A stretch of DNA of 51,372 nt, from positions 1 through 51,372 of the forward strand of contig JAUCBJ010005046.1 in assembly GCA_032718475.1 (NCBI GenBank), in the 5' to 3' direction. Position 1 is the stretch's first letter. Every line of letters begins with the position of its first letter. Of the stretch, positions 49,685 through 51,372 are shown piece by piece. The translations under genes and the position numbers were made by a program. The notes beneath the pieces are model-generated. The model had not been told where the DNA came from, made no database searches, and was given only the letters and a program-made list of their open reading frames with translations. The DNA is from Nemertoderma westbladi (lineage: Eukaryota; Animalia; Xenacoelomorpha).

Positions 49685-50459
49685 CTCATAATCCCAGACT
49701 GAGACCACTCCCGAAACACCCAATAGAAACTCCCGGTCTTTGGGCAGAAATCTACCGCGGTGATACTGCCAACCTGATTGGCTATCTCCTCAACGACGTT
49801 ATTGTCACCATAATAACCATTGATCCGACCGCCGTCGGTATAAATTATATGGAAAGGCGTTCGGGAGTTGCAGGTTCTATTGTCGCTATGGAGACTGTAA
49901 CCATGGGTACAGGAGCAACTAATAAATCCTTTGTGATCCGAGGAACAAATCTGCGAACAATTCCCGTTGTCAACGAGACACGGATCCACGCAGCCGAACT
50001 CGCCGTTCAGGGCTAACTGGGCGGGGCAATAGCACCGGTAGCCTCTCGGCAGGTCCTCGCAGTGGTGGCTGCACTGCGCCGCACCGACGGCGCACTCGTC
50101 GACGCCGCAGGCCGCCTCGTCCGAACCGTCGACGCAGTCCTCGCTACCGTCGCACTCGTGGGCCGCGGCGACGCACGACCCGTCGCTGTGGCAACGGATT
50201 CCGTTTCGGCATTCCGCGTCGACGCAGTTCATTTCGTCGACTCCGTTCGCACAGTCTTCGTACGCGTCACACGCCGGCACGCACCGACCTACGTTGGTTG
50301 CGCATCGCGTAAAGTCCTTCGAGCAATCCTTTAGAGACTGGCAACCCTCTTCATCCATTCCCGTCGCGCAGTCCAATTGTCCGTCGCAGTGCCACGACTC
50401 AGGGAGACAATCATTAGGGCCGCCACCGCAGTTAAACTGGTGTTCGCTGAGGCATTCGT
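49685..50459 (-). CDS. LRP-like gene internal exon (3 LDLa, 2 EGF, start of propeller); upstream exons not in window
   Basis: Acceptor TTTCATTTCTAACAG, donor AG|GTCAGT, phases 1/2; CDGQLDCATGMDE, CDGSEDCVDGSDE, VDECAVGAAQCSHHC. Confidence 0.9.
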
Positions 50460-50538
50460 CTGTTAGAAATGAAAGAAAATAAATAAATCTTAATTGATTC
50501 GTTGTTAAAAAAGTAAAAAGACATAACAGAAACACAGA

Positions 50539-50569
<31 letters not shown>

Positions 50570-50793
50570 TGGACGCAATAAAAATTAATTTAAAGTTTAG
50601 AAAATAGTTTCTATAGTTTCTTGAGATAGGTAAACCTTCATATTAATGTAATCATTTAAGTTTTATATAAAAGTTAATAAAATTAATATTATTTTACTGA
50701 TAATATGTCTCGCACATTTCACTTTTCGGGAATAAATTGTGCAATCGTTGTAAAGCTGGTATGGGGTAGGCGACTCGGAAAATTTCCTTCGAG

Positions 50794-50888
50794 TTTTTGT
50801 GGGGCGAGCCACGAAGTTGGCGGAGCCTTAGCGAATTGACACTGTTAGGGGGTGGGTCAATTTATGCAAATAGTTGTCGTCGTTGTCG

Positions 50889-50920
<32 letters not shown>

Positions 50921-50929
50921 GTCGTCGTT

Positions 50930-50964
<35 letters not shown>

Positions 50965-51365
50965 TGTTGTCGTCGTCGTCGTCGTTACGATTTTGACATG
51001 CTAATAACTTTGTCGGATTTAAAGCTGCCAAGTTGAAAATTTGTAGGTATCAATATGAGCAAAAGTTGAGATTTTTGAGAGACTTTCAGACACCATCAGT
51101 GCAATGGTCTCCCGCTAGAGGGCCACATGTCTAAACATTAAATGCCCTCCCATTTCTTTGCTTTTAATCCGTTTAAGCTGAAACTTGGCAGATATGTATT
51201 AGACCATTAGCTGTGACTTTCAAAGGAGGCGAATCCATCTGCAGTTCTCCAGTCTGCCGCTAGAGGGCCAACGTGACTATTTGCATAAATTGACCTACCC
51301 CCTAACAGTGTCAATTCGCTAAGGCTCTGCCAACTTCGTGCTGCGCGAAGTCCCCACTTCGTGTT
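50794..51365 (+). mobile_element. Apparently complete HINE/DINE-1-like element with ~64-bp subterminal inverted repeats, (GTC)n microsatellite and 3' hairpin
   Basis: 50810-50874 is inverted at 51276-51340; 5' TTTTTGTGGGGCGAGCCACGAAG; 3' TTCGTGCTGCGCGAAGTCCCCAC then a T-rich flank. Confidence 0.8.
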
Positions 51366-51372
51366 TATTTAA

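Noticed and set aside
49540-50535. 331-aa ORF as a stand-alone gene with a hydrophobic N-terminus
   Set aside because: The leader is translated intron polypyrimidine tract; the true exon is 49685-50459 with consistent splice phases
50797-51036. Poly-Arg (+) and poly-Asp (-) ORFs
   Set aside because: Products of the (GTC)n microsatellite inside the HINE-like element

Overview
AT-rich, repeat-dense eukaryotic (metazoan, probably bilaterian invertebrate) genomic DNA with three host genes. (1) A + strand, 7-coding-exon Neto-family gene (CUB-CUB-LDLa-TM, about 488 aa, 11898-32807), assembled by hand from GT-AG splice sites with consistent phases. (2) An intronless + strand Mind bomb 1 (MIB1)-like ORF containing only the ankyrin and three RING domains (34115-35905). 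(3) A large - strand LDL-receptor-family gene (LRP/vitellogenin-receptor-like) whose 5' end lies outside the window and whose last 2462 codons sit in one 7.4-kb exon. The rest contains a foldback-like inverted array, a decayed LINE reverse transcriptase, hAT/P-like and Mutator-like MITEs with target-site duplications, several Helentron/DINE-1-like (HINE) elements, tRNA-derived heads and two large intronic satellites. The most striking feature is a ~7.3-kb array of a 41-bp unit made of the Neto exon-3 3' end plus its splice donor. It places roughly 177 units, most retaining CTG|GTAAGT, in what appears to have been a 99-nt intron.
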